From contig NIVC01004683.1 in the NCBI GenBank assembly GCA_002269645.1, positions 1 to 38,244 of the forward strand: a stretch of DNA of 38,244 bases. Direction: 5' to 3'. A program made the position numbers and the translations under genes. Source of the stretch: Macrostomum lignano (lineage: Eukaryota). Positions 10,271 through 21,738 of this stretch are shown piece after piece; the stretch's first letter is position 1; each line of letters opens with the position of its first letter. Under the pieces are notes generated by a model. That model worked only from the letters and a program-made list of their open reading frames with translations, was not told the DNA's origin and searched no databases.

Positions 10271-12633
10271 TGGAAGCAGCTGCTGCAGTTGACCGACCCA
10301 ACTTGCGCCGACACCAGCAGCAAAAGCTGCTTGCACTACGCCGCAGACGGCGGCAACTTTGCCGCGGCTACAGCTCTTCTAGCAGCCGGAGCATGCGTGA
10401 ATGCCATCGCTGAAGGCTTAACGCCTTTATCGAATCTAGCCAAGAATGCGCCAGATGACGCTGAAACGGTTGGGTTCGCTTGGCTCCTGTTGTTGGCTGG
10501 TTCGGATTGGAGCTTGACCAGCTGGGATGGAAAGACGGCGCTCGAATTGGCCATTGACAGGACAAACAGCGGCCTGGTTGAGCTGCTGTCCCAGTGAGTT
10601 CAGCTTCAACCGCAGCTTGGGTCACTTTTTGGGGGAGGGGGGGGGTTGTCTCGCATCAAAGCTCCCAGGTCACATTAAGTTTGGACTTATGCACAAATTG
10701 TGGGTTGTCGTACGATCCTCGCCAACTTTTAAGGTAGAGAATATGTGCATGTATGTGCAATAATAGAGTCAGGGTCGCTGTACAACCTAAGAGTGTTTGC
10801 CTGCGTCCGTGTAATGAACGATGACCAGGCTTGCCTCCTACTTGCTTCAAACTTACGACGGCTCATATAGTTTTTTCCAGATACGAAGGCAAAAATACTT
10901 TGAAGTCACATCAAATAAGTCGTAAGAGGATCTTTTATAAATGCACTTCTACCTGATCGGAATTTTAGGAGCTGCAGAACTCTACTGCATAAATTAATTT
11001 CAGAGATCATTCAGGGACTAACAACGCGGCTATTAAAAAGCCCAATGAGTCTTCTAAAAGAACCACTTGTGTTGGAAGTGTTGCAGCAAAGCTTAGCGGC
11101 ACTACACGGTCCACTAGCCAATCTTCTGGTAATTATTCGACCCGAAGAACACAGGTTGACGATGTGGATGAGCTATCAAATGACGAGGAACAGGAAAATT
11201 AGTATGTTTTTTACACAAATTTTGAAGAAGTCTCGTATTTTTCGTCTTTAAAAAGTTAATAAAATTTGGCCAATATTGTTTGAGCAGCCGGAGTACTTCG
11301 TACGCAAAACCTCGGGAGACGGACATTAACAATCCTGGGAGTTACGAGAGTCCAGACCTGTATCCACAAGGTGCCACCGGAGTCTCTCGAAAAAGAGGAG
11401 GACCGTCAATATGGTAATCTCAGAAGCTTCTCTCTGAAACTCTCTGAGTGTTCACTGAATGATTTCTTTCGTACTCGTATTTTAGGCTAGACGAGGACTA
11501 CTACAAAGTGACCAATCCTCAAGGATTCTGCATCATTGTCAACATCAACAAGTACACGGCTACTAGCGATATCACAGTCAGCCACGAGGATCGCGAAGGT
11601 TCCCAGCGGGATGTAGATCGAGTGACCGAACTCTTTGGGAAGCTCCAATTCCGCGTCAAAAAGCAGGAGGACCTCACTGCCGAGGAGATCGACGACTTTC
11701 TCAGCGAGGTGAAGCGATCGAAAGAGCTGGCCAGACACGGCAGCTTTGTTTGCTTTTTTATGGCTCACGGCAGCCACGACTGCATATACGGCAGCGACGG
11801 CGTCCCGTATGAGATCCGTAAACTTACCGAGAGGTTTCAGGTTAGCATTGAACATTCTGTCTGAACTCCTTGTTATTAGCAATTGGAAGAATGATCTTGC
11901 CCGACATTTGAGCACGCAGCCAAACCCAGAATTCCACACAGCTGGTGCACATATACATCGTCTCTTTCATCGACGGACCTCTCGGCTGATGACGGTACAT
12001 GTACAGTGTTCTACATACTCTATCACATTGGTGGTATGAGTCAAAGAAGCTTCCACTTGCTGAGATGCCGTTGAATTTACTTTTTCTCTGGTCTGCTTTT
12101 GCAAAAACATGTTTTGTTCAAGAAATCTTAGCCTATGCTCAACCATACCTTCTCAGGCCTCCGTCTGCAAAAGTCTGGCTGGGAAGCCAAAGATTTTCTT
12201 CATCCAGGCCTGCCGCGGCAACAGAATCGGTAGTCGGAGCTCAAGAATGAAAACTGACAAGCTTTCTGCGCCAGCCTGCCGAAATGCTGCATCGGCAGTC
12301 GAATACTCCACTATGAGAACTGATGAGCCGCCAGCCCCAGTGCTCGACCCGGCCATCCACCCCGCCGAAGGAGACTTCCTGCTCTGCTTCGCCAACACCC
12401 CGGGCTCAGTGGCGTTCCGAGACACCGCCGAAGGCTCCGTATTTGTGCAGACTCTGTGCAGTTATATTGAAACAGATTTCAAGCGGCACGATCTCGGCTA
12501 CATCATGACCAAGGTGAACCGGCACCTGCAGAAGGAGCCAGTCCAGATCGATAACAAACTGTACCACGTCGTACCGCAGAAGGTTGACCAGCTCGCGCAT
12601 AAAGTCAGTCTCGATCCCAGGAGGGCTTTTTAG
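10271..12633 (+). CDS. ANK-caspase copy 2, intact 3' portion (about 3 complete ANK repeats + linker + caspase with QACRG)
   Basis: Open segments 10271-10593, 11004-11201, 11288-11413, 11486-11840, 12157-12633, with canonical AG/GT sites and consistent phases. Motifs: SCLHYAADGGN, GLTPLSNLA, GKTALELA; PQGFCIIVN, REGSQRDV, FFMAHG (His codon 11766-11768), KPKIFFIQACRG (QACRG 12205-12219), EGDFLLCFANTPGSVAFRDTAEGSVFVQ. The real start is uncertain because the 5' exons are damaged. Confidence 0.8.
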
Positions 12634-12680
12634 AAACTGAGACTGCAGCTTAAATGATAGCAAAAGTTTGACAAAAACAA

Positions 12681-12686
12681 AATAAA
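12681..12686 (+). terminator. Polyadenylation signal (AATAAA) of caspase copy 2
   Basis: AATAAA 48 nt after the TAG at 12631-12633, followed by T-rich sequence. Confidence 0.55.
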
Positions 12687-12797
12687 CTTTTTTTGCTCGA
12701 TCAAAACTTTTTTATCCGTTTGTAACCTTCTGTAACCAGCATATTGATACATATCTGCGAGTATATTCAATTTATGAACAAGTTAAGTATAACCCAA

Positions 12798-12990
12798 GGG
12801 GGTTGCAGCCTTTGTGGTTAGAGCGTCTGACACACGACTGAAAGGTCGGGGGTTCGATTCTCGACCCACTTGCGACAATTTTTGTCATTGAGCAGGACAC
12901 TTAACTCTACATTGCTTCAGTTCAACCAGCTGTAGAATGGCTGCCAGCATTAGCTGGGGTAATTGACTGTGGCGACCCCCCCCCCCCCCA
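12798..12990 (+). mobile_element. tRNA-derived SINE with CORE-like central domain, copy B
   Basis: A-box-like tgtggttagagc, B-box gggttcgattc, body ttgagcaggacacttaactctacattgcttcagttcaaccagctgtagaatgg...ccagcattagctgg...gtggcgacccc. Aligns by eye with 9716-9910. Confidence 0.78.
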
Positions 12991-13786
12991 GTGCTTGGAC
13001 TGAACAGCCGTACGCAACCTTCAGATGCGCCGCTCAATAGCTGTCGGTTGCTCATCCGCCTATTTGGGCAAATGTAATTAAATAATGTTTTAATTTTAAT
13101 TTTAATAATTATACCTTAAACCTTTTAGCCCCTATAAAACTCTAACAAATGCCTCGTATTCCCTGGTTTTAAATTTTGCAACGCACCGTACAATGTATAC
13201 AATATGTTTGCCTCTAATATAAATGTATTAGCGATACCAAATCCCGCGAATTTACTGATGGAACGGCAAATTTTGTTTGGGATTTGTTCCCTAATTCTGT
13301 TCTCAATCTATCAAGCGCTGAGGCAAGATCTACCGCTATTATACAGCGTTGAGTAAATTAAACCTGACAGAGATGTATTCCTTGGTCCCATTCCTTGGCT
13401 ACAACCCACACCCACACATGGGAGTTCTCGGGTTCGCTAACGCTTTCTATCTCAAATTCCATCCTGCATCAGAAAGCCCTGGCGTGCTCACAATCAGAAT
13501 CAAATATATTGCTCTGACGGCAATATTGATGGAGATGATGGATATTGGGATAACAATGGCTCTATTGCCTAGTTAAGAATTTACACCATCAACTGCAGGC
13601 TGCCTAACTAAGGCTATTGCATGAGTGCACACCGGCCACTAGGGTAAACCGAACCATGCTCTGCATCTGCTCTAACATTATATCCAGTTGCGTACACAGC
13701 AACTTTAACTGGAGAAGTGGCAACATTAATTGGGGTACCAATATTTGGTTTCTTAGTTTGCGCATCTATCTCGTACTTGTAGTTTG

Positions 13787-14636
13787 GTGCCCCTGTCTCT
13801 TGGTGTGGGTGCACTGTCTCTTGGTGTGGGTGCACTGTCTCTTGGTGGGTGTCCCTGTCTCTTGGTGTGGGTGTCCCTGTCTCTTGGTGGGTGTCCCTGT
13901 CTCTTGGTGTGGGTGTCCCTGTCTCTTGGTGGGTGCCCCTGTCTCTTGGTGGGTGCCCCTGTCTCTTGGTGTGGGTGCCCTCTATCTCTTGGTGGGTGCC
14001 CTTATCTCTTGGTGGGTGCCCCTGTCTCTTGGTGTGGGTGCACTGTCTCTTGGTGGGTGTCCCTGTCTCTTGGTGTGGGTGCACTGTCTCTTGGTGTGGG
14101 TGCACTGTCTCTTGGTGGGTGTCCCTGTCTCTTGGTGTGGGTGTCCCTGTCTCTTGGTGGGTGTCCCTGTCTCTTGGTGTGGGTGTCCCTGTCTCTTGGT
14201 GGGTGCCCCTGTCTCTTGGTGGGTGCCCCTGTCTCTTGGTGTGGGTGCCCTCTATCTCTTGGTGGGTGCCCTTATCTCTTGGTGGGTGCCCCTGTCTCTT
14301 GGTGTGGGTGCACTGTCTCTTGGTGGGTGTCCCTGTCTCTTGGTGTGGGTGCACTGTCTCTTGGTGTGGGTGCACTGTCTCTTGGTGGGTGTCCCTGTCT
14401 CTTGGTGTGGGTGTCCCTGTCTCTTGGTGGGTGTCCCTGTCTCTTGGTGTGGGTGTCCCTGTCTCTTGGTGGGTGCCCCTGTCTCTTGGTGGGTGCCCCT
14501 GTCTCTTGGTGTGGGTGCCCTCTATCTCTTGGTGGGTGCCCTTATCTCTTGGTGGGTGCCCCTGTCTCTTGGTGTGGGTGCACTGTCTCTTGGTGGGTGC
14601 CCCTGTCTCTTGGTGTGGGCGCACTGTGGGTGCACT
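13787..14636. repeat. GT-rich 20/22-bp minisatellite with a 270-bp higher-order repeat (x3)
   Basis: Units gtctcttggt(gt)gggtg(c/t)(a/c)ct. The diagnostic variant tctatctctt occurs at 13981, 14251 and 14521. Confidence 0.95.
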
Positions 14637-14649
14637 GATAGGGAGACAC

Positions 14650-14995
14650 TCTCCCTATCTGCCTCTCTCCCTCCCCGTCTCTCTATTTCTATCTGCCCGC
14701 CTCTCTACATGTATCTCTCCCTCCCGCCTCTCAACTCTCCCTCCCGCCTCTCTATCTCCCCCTCCCCGCCTCTCAACTCTCCCTCCCGCCTCTCTATCTC
14801 CCCTCCCGCCTCTCTATCTCTCCCTCCCGCCTCTCTATCTCCCCCTCCCGCCTCTCTATCTCTCCTTTTCCGCCTCTCTATCTCCCCCTCCCGCCTCTCT
14901 ATCTCTCCCTTTCCGCCTCTCTTATCTCCCCCTCCCCGCCTCTCTATCTCTCCCTGCCCGCTTCGATCTCTCCCCCTCCCGCCTCTCTATCTCTC
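14650..14995. repeat. Pyrimidine-rich degenerate ~20-bp minisatellite
   Basis: Recurring ctcccgcctctctatct(c)cc. Confidence 0.9.
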
Positions 14996-15690
14996 CTAGC
15001 TCTCTTCAGTTTCGGGTAAGGGTTAATATCGAAGTTTTTATAAGATACTCTCGTAGTATTATACGCTCGTAATGATGTAAAATTTCGAGTTTATTAAATT
15101 GCTCCCTACTCGTGGATAGAGAAATTTTATTTGACTGCTTTTGTTTTGATTTTTTCAATTCAACATTTTTTAAGTTAGGTTAAGCAGTAACGTCAGTAAT
15201 CCAAAACAATATCTTAAACGAGCAAAATCGTGTTTGTCCGAGAATGCGGGTTTTCTTGAGAATTTACACACTTCGGGGGGCCGTCATTATGGGGGCGCGG
15301 GTCTGAATGTACAGTCTATATCGTCTCTATAACCCCTCCCCACTGGGTCGGGTCCGTTAGCCCGCCTCCCCCTGCCACAGCGTACACTCGCGCACAAGCT
15401 GTCTCAGTGTACATTGGAGACAAGAAAGAGAGAGAGAGTTTTTATTACTGAACTTCCAAACCCAGAGGGCTGGGTGACCCCCTTTTCCAACTATTTATTA
15501 GTCGTTTTCAAGCGCAGCGTTCCTCCAGGCAATTACTATTTAGTTCCCTCTTCCCAATATTAAGCCCCAGCTCACACAGGTAAATGACGCTTAGATTACG
15601 AAAATAAGAAAGGAGATAACGTCAAAGAAGAGCAGAAGATCACAGCGCGCAGAGCAGGAGACGCAACAGCTGTTGCCTTTGCCTTGCTGC

Positions 15691-15781
15691 GTAAGCTTTT
15701 GCGGTTAAAATGATTTGCAATGCGAGTATTGCTTGTTCTGACTGCGGCTCAACACGCATAGTTCTGTCATTTTCCAATCAG
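15691..15781 (+). other. Possible 5'-UTR intron (or trans-splice acceptor) of HHAT
   Basis: Donor-like gtaagc at 15691 and acceptor ttttccaatcag ending at 15781, 32 nt before the ATG at 15814. Confidence 0.4.
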
Positions 15782-15813
15782 AAATCGTTCATCCAGCCCA
15801 TAGCAGCAAAGTT

Positions 15814-18800
15814 ATGAGCAGTGCAACTATTAAAAGTCAACAATCTGTATTGGAGCAGTCGCTTCCATCGATTGAACTGCTAGCATATGCTGCATGGTTT
15901 GTCATCGTGCTGGCTAGCGTGGGCCATGCTTTCAAGACTCAGATTATTCCTGAAAGCCGTGAGTAGCTATTTCTATTTTAGCTCTGAATCCTGTTGATTC
16001 ATGCTCCGTTCCTAGATCCCCAGTTGCTGGGCCAGCCTCCCAGATCCCCAGTTACTGGGCCAGCCTCCCAGATCCCCAGTTACTGGGCCAGCCTCCCAGA
16101 TCCCCAGTTGCTGGGCTGCCAGCCTCCCAGATCCCCAGTTACTGCGCTGCCAGCCTCCCAGATCCCCAGTTGCTGGGCCAGCCTCCCAGATCCCCAGTTG
16201 CTGGGCTACAGCACTCAAGATCACTGCAAGACCCGGAGACCGTATCACCTTCCAGTTCTTCGCCTGGACGCGGCAGGTCTGACTGACGGTATGTTCGGAT
16301 ACAAAATGGTATGAAAATCAAATTCGTCATAATTTGTTCTTAAGACCGTTTTTTTAAAGCACGACTTCAATCGATTAAATCGCGCGCAATTATTGCAGGA
16401 CAACACCTTTATTGACTGGAATCTCTACCTGAGTATGTTCGCGCCCATGCTGGCCCTGCTCGCCTTGCACCTGCTAATTAGCAGATTAACGATGCGCTAC
16501 TGCAACGCCCAGGTACGAAAAGGGTCAAATAAGGTCATTTCAGTCGAAAGAAAAACGCAATTTAGGTTTATTTTACTGAAATACTGTGATATTTCGGGTT
16601 TATGATATTTCGGGTTTATGATATTTCGGGTTTATGATATTTCGGGTTTGTGTGATATTTCGGGTTTATGATATTTCGGGTTTATGATATTTCGGGTTTG
16701 TGTGATATTTCAGGTTTATGATATTTCGGGTTTATGATATTTCGGGTTTGTGTGATATTTCGGGTTTATGATATTTCGGGTTTATGATATTTCAGGTTTT
16801 TGTGATATTTCGGGTTTGTGATATTTCAGGTTTGTGATATTTCGGGTTTGTGATATTTCAGGCTTGTGATATTTCGGGTTTGTGATTTTTCGGATGTGTG
16901 ATACTTAGGGTTTGTGATATTTCGGGTTTGTGATCTTTCAGGTTTGTGTGATATTTCGGGTTAGTGAAATTTCAGGTTTGTGATTTTTCAGATGTGTGAT
17001 ATTTCGGGTTTGTGTGATATTTCGGGTTTGCGATATTTCGGGTTTGTGTGAAATTTCAGGTTTGTGATATTTCGGGTTTGTGTGATATTTCGGGTTTGTG
17101 ATATTTCGGGTTTGTGTGATATTTCGGGTTTGCGATATTTCGGGTTTGTGTGATATTTCGGGTTTGTGATATTTCGGGTTTGTGTGATATTTCGAGTTTG
17201 TGATATTTCGGGTTTGTGTGATATTTCGGTTGTGTGATATTTCGGGTTTGTGTGATATTTCGAGTTTGTGATGTTTCGGGTTTGTGTGATGTTTCGGGTT
17301 TGTGATTTTTCGGGTTTGTGATTTTTCGGATGTGTGATACTTAGGGTTTGTGATATTTCGGGTTTGTGATCTTTCGGGTTTGTGATTTTTCAGATGTGTG
17401 ATATTTCGGGTTTTTGTTATATTTCGGGTTTGTGATCTTTCAGGTTTGTGTGATATTTCGGGTTAGTGAAATTTCGGGTTTGTGATTTTTCAGATGTGTG
17501 ATATTTCGGGTTTGTGTGATATTTCGGGTTTGCGATATTTCGGGTTTGTGTGAAATTTCGGGTTTGTGATATTTCGGGTTTGTGTGATATTTCGGGTTTG
17601 TGATATTTCGGGTTTGTGTGATATTTCGGGTTTGCGATATTTCGGGTTTGTGTGATATTTCGGGTTTGTGATATTTCGGGTTTGTGTGATATTTCGAGTT
17701 TGTGATATTTCGGGTTTGTGTGATATTTCGGTTGTGTGATATTTCGGGTTTGTGTGATATTTCGAGTTTGTGATGTTTCGGGTTTGTGTGATGTTTCGGG
17801 TTTGTATGATATTTCGGATTTGTGATATTTCGGGTTTGTGATATTTCGGGTTTGTGATAAATCGGGTTTGTGATGTTTCGGGTTTGTGAGATATTTTAGG
17901 TTTGTGATGTTTCGGGTTTGTGTGATATTTCGGGTTTGTGATTTTTCGGGTTTGTGATATTTCGGGTTTGTGTGATATTTCGGGTTTGTGATGGCGACCC
18001 GTATTCACTGCACATTCAATTTCTCCACTACTTTTTTTTCGCTCAGGTGCACAGCTTACTGTCGGCAATTTTCACCTTATTTGTCAGCTGTCAGGTGCTG
18101 TCAGCTCGCTGTACACTGCTGTATCTCTGCCTGCACCTCATCTGTATTACGACAGCCTCTCTGCTCGGCCACCTGGCTGTCTGGCTGTCCATCGGCCTGG
18201 CGTTCTGGCAGTTCAGCGGTGCCGCATTTGGCGACAACCATCAGCTGAGATCGGCACTCCAGCTGGACTCGAGAGGCGCTCACCTGTACTACCCCGTCAC
18301 TGGCTACCTGTACTGCAGATTCCTGTCAATGGGACTGTGCCTGGCTGCCAGTCCCGCTTTCCTGTCTGACAGCAACCCTGTCAGACGGATAGTCAGATAC
18401 TTACCGTTGTCTCTGCACTATGCATTCTATCTGCCTAACTTCCTCGGCGCCCCGGTGGTCACTATGGATGAGTTTCTGCGGCAGAAACAGGCCCCGAACC
18501 CCGCCGCTGTCCCAGTCCGCCAGATTTTATCTCGTCTGTTGCGCCTGTGCTTCTGGTTGGCATTTACCGTGTTCGTGCTGCACTGCTTTCATGCTGGAGC
18601 CTACCTGGAGACTCTGGGGATTAGACAGGTGAACTGGTGGTGTATTTTGCAGATCTGGTGCATCTCCATTGATTCCCAGTTTATCATGTTCTTGTTTTCC
18701 AGGGGAATCCCACAAGAATCCCGATCTTAGATCCCCACAAGAATCCCGATCTTAGATCCCCACAAGAATCCCGATCTTAGATCCCCACAAGAATCCCGAT

Positions 18801-21650
18801 CTTAGATCCCTAGAAGAATCCCGATCTTAGATCCCTAGAAGAATCCCGATCTTAGATCCCTAGAAGCCATCCCGATCTTAGATCCCCACAAGATCCCGAT
18901 CTTAGATCCCCAGGAAAGTCCCGATCTCAGATCCCCACAAGAATCCCGATCTCAGATCCCTATGAGAATCCTCGAAATCGAATCGCAAATCTTTAAATTG
19001 CTAATCTTCTATGTTCTCCCCCTACAGATCCGGCACCGCGGGCCCATAGACCCGGCGCACCTGGGCTTTGCACTGTACACCCGTGGCCAGCTGTTCCACC
19101 TGGAGTACCTGCAGTACTACGGCTGGCCGGCGTTGTTCGCCAGCCTGGAGGGAGTCCAGCTGCCACACTGGCCCGCCTGCATCTGTGGCGTGGTCTCCTA
19201 CAGGGAGATGTGGCGCCTCTTCGACCGCGGCTTGTTCGCTATCGTCCGCGACCACGTGTACATCCCGCTGGGGGGCAGCCGGCTCAGTCTGGGCCGCCAG
19301 CTGCTCGCCACCGCAGCCTCCTTCGGCTTCATCTGCGTTTATCATGGCAACTATGACTCAGTGCAGGTCTGGATACTGCTCAATCTGGGGCTCGTCTGCG
19401 CTGAACTGCTGGCTGTCCGACTCTACAGAACTGCGCTCAGGGAATCTTTGGTGAGAGCCACCATCAGCCTCCCAGGTCCTCAGTTGCTGGGCCAGCCTCC
19501 CAGATCCTCAGTTGCTGGGCCAGCCTCCCAGATCCTCAGTTGCTGAGCCAGCCTCCCAGATCCCCAGTTTCTGGGCCAGCCTCCCAGATCCTCAGTTGCT
19601 GGGCCAGCCTCCCAGATCCTCAGTTGCTGTGCCAGCCTCCCAGATCCTCAGTTGCTGGGCCAGCCTCAGATCCTCAGTTGCTGTGCCAGCCTCCCAGATC
19701 CTCAGTTGCTGGGCCAGCCTCCCAGATCCTCAGTTTCTGGGCCAGCCTCCCAGATCCACAGTTGCTGGGCCAGCCTCCCAGATCCTCAGTTGCTGGGCCA
19801 GCCTCCCAGATCCTCAGTTGCTGGGCCAGCCTCCCAGATCCTCAGTTTCTGGGCCAGCCTCCCAGATCCTCAGTTGCTGGGCTAGCCTCCCAGATCCTCA
19901 GTTGCTGGGCCAGCCTCCCAGATCCTCAGTTTCTGGGCCAGCCTCCCAGATCCTCAGTTGCTGGGCCAGCCTCCCAGATCCTCAGTTTCTGGGCCAGCCT
20001 CCCAGATCCTCAGTTGCCGGGACAGCCTTCCAGATCTTCAGTTGCTGGGCCAGCCTCCCAGATCCTCAGTTTCTGGGCCAGCCTCCCAGATTCTCAGTTG
20101 CTGGGCCAGCCTCCCAGATCCTCAGTTGCTGGGCCAGCCTCCCAGATCCTCAGTTGCTGGGCCAGCCTCCCAGATCCTCAGTTTCTGGGCCAGCCTCCCA
20201 GATTCTCAGTTGCTGGGCCAGCCTCCCAGATCCTCAGTTGCTGGGCCAGCCTCCCAGATTCTCAGTTGCTGGGCCAGCCTCCCAGATCCTCAGTTGCTGG
20301 GCCAGCCTCCCAGATCCTCAGTTGCTGGGCCAGCCTCCCAGATCCTCAGTTTCTGGGCCAGCCTCCCAGATCCTCAGTTGCTGGGCTAGCCTCCCAGATC
20401 CTCAGTTGCTGGGCCAGCCTCCCAGATCCTCAGTTTCTGGGCCAGCCTCCCAGATCCTCAGTTGCTGGGCCAGCCTCCCAGATCCTCAGTTTCTGGGCCA
20501 GCCTCCCAGATCCTCAGTTGCCGGGACAGCCTTCCAGATCTTCAGTTGCTGGGCCAGCCTCCCAGATCCTCAGTTTCTGGGCCAGCCTCCCAGATTCTCA
20601 GTTGCTGGGCCAGCCTCCCAGATCCTCAGTTGCTGGGCCAGCCTCCCAGATCCTCAGTTTCTGGGCCAGCCTCCCAGATTCTCAGTTGCTGGGCCAGCCT
20701 CCCAGATCCTCAGTTGCTGTGCCAGCCTCCCAGATCCTCAGTTGCTGGGCCAGCCTCAGATTCTCAGTTGCTGTGCCAGCCTCCCAGATCCTCAGTTGCT
20801 GGGCCAGCCTCCCAGATCCTCAGTTGCTGGGCCAGCCTCCCAGATCCTCAGTTTCTGGGCCAGCCTCCCAGATCCACAGTTGCTGGGCCAGCCTCCCAGA
20901 TCCTCAGTTGCTGGGCCAGCCTCCCAGATCCTCAGTTGCTGGGCCAGCCTCCCAGATCCTCAGTTTCTGGGCCAGCCTCCCAGATCCTCAGTTGCTGGGC
21001 CAGCCTCCCAGATCCTCAGTTGCTGGGCCAGCCTCCCAGATCCTCAGTTGCTGGGCCAGCCTCCCAGATCCTCCGTTGCTGGGCCAGCCTCCCAGAGTGT
21101 CATTTGCTGGGATTACTCAAATATTGCCGTCACCCCCATCCCGCTCTTCAGCTCCAATGGCTCAGCCCGGCGTGTCTCCGCCGTCTGGTGGCGGCTTTCG
21201 CGGCGGCAAATCTCATTCCGCCTTCGATGGGGATTTTCTTTTTATTCTACGGCACCCCAATTGGGTGGCTGGTGATGAGGGAGATGCTGTGGCTGCCGCT
21301 GACGGGACAAGGTGAGTCCGGTTTGAGTCAGACGGATCAGTTGTCGATTTGTCGGGTCGAAACGCGACTCAAACAACTGGGGTCGATTCGGGTCAAGCTA
21401 TAAATACATATGTACTTTAATGTGTTTGGGACTGATTTAGATCGGGTCAAAGTACTGCAATAAAGGTCAAGTCAGTCAGTCCGGGTGAATTATCATTTGA
21501 GATTACTAATACAGAGCATTCCGCATTGAAATCAACAAATTTTCAGGCTCCATCAAGGCATTCCTGGTGCTTTATTCCGGCTTCTATTGCACTGTTCAGC
21601 TGGCTTTTGAGTACAAACGGAGGCGAAGCCAAGATTCGAACAAAGACTAG
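15814..21650 (+). CDS. HHAT: Hedgehog acyltransferase / GUP1-type MBOAT, complete, 7 exons, 526 aa
   Basis: Exons 15814-15958, 16256-16308, 16399-16512, 18047-18628, 19028-19450, 21152-21311, 21547-21650 (1581 nt, phases compatible). HHAT-like motifs in order: LPSIELLAY, DGMFGYKM|DNTFIDW, YAFYLPNFLGAPVVTMDEF, PACICGVVSYREMWRLFDRG, VYIPLGGS, FGFICVYHG (MBOAT catalytic His), WILLN, SPACLRRLVAA. HHAT versus HHATL/rasp/GUP1 needs a phylogeny. Confidence 0.88.
16013..16206. repeat. 28-bp minisatellite, about 7 copies, HHAT intron 1
   Basis: Unit gggccagcctcccagatccccagttgct; same family as 19474-21093. Confidence 0.95.
16583..17990. repeat. 16/18-bp minisatellite filling HHAT intron 3
   Basis: Unit (gt)gtgatatttcgggttt. 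Rare variants recur about 501-502 bp apart (gggttagtgaaa near 16958 and 17460; ttcggttgtgtg near 17226 and 17727). Confidence 0.97.
18705..18962. repeat. 25-bp minisatellite, about 10 copies, HHAT intron 4
   Basis: Unit aagaatcccgatcttagatccccac. Confidence 0.95.
19474..21093. repeat. 28-bp minisatellite, about 57 copies, filling HHAT intron 5
   Basis: Unit gggccagcctcccagatcctcagtt(g/t)ct. 504-bp (18-unit) duplication shown by ccgggacagccttcc near 20017 and 20521, and gctag at 19881 and 20385. Confidence 0.97.
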
Positions 21651-21656
21651 TCAAAC

Positions 21657-21662
21657 AATAAA
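21657..21662 (+). terminator. Polyadenylation signal (AATAAA) of HHAT
   Basis: AATAAA 6 nt after the TAG at 21648-21650. Confidence 0.5.
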
Positions 21663-21738
21663 GACTATGGTTTGTTACAATTGCTTTTGTAACATCTACT
21701 AGATGCTAGATGCTTGAACAAAGACTTCACATATCTGA

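Noticed and set aside
13510-13572. CBM21-like YWDNNG motif
   Set aside because: Short frame bounded by stops, lacking the rest of the domain.
13614-15072. Four overlapping ORFs of 284-460 aa
   Set aside because: They are open in several frames on both strands because of stop-free minisatellites; no domain content.
19512-21403. 587-, 591- and 313-aa ORFs of LGQPPRSSVAGPASQ repeats
   Set aside because: They come from the 28-bp array in HHAT intron 5; HHAT homology resumes only at the 21152 acceptor.
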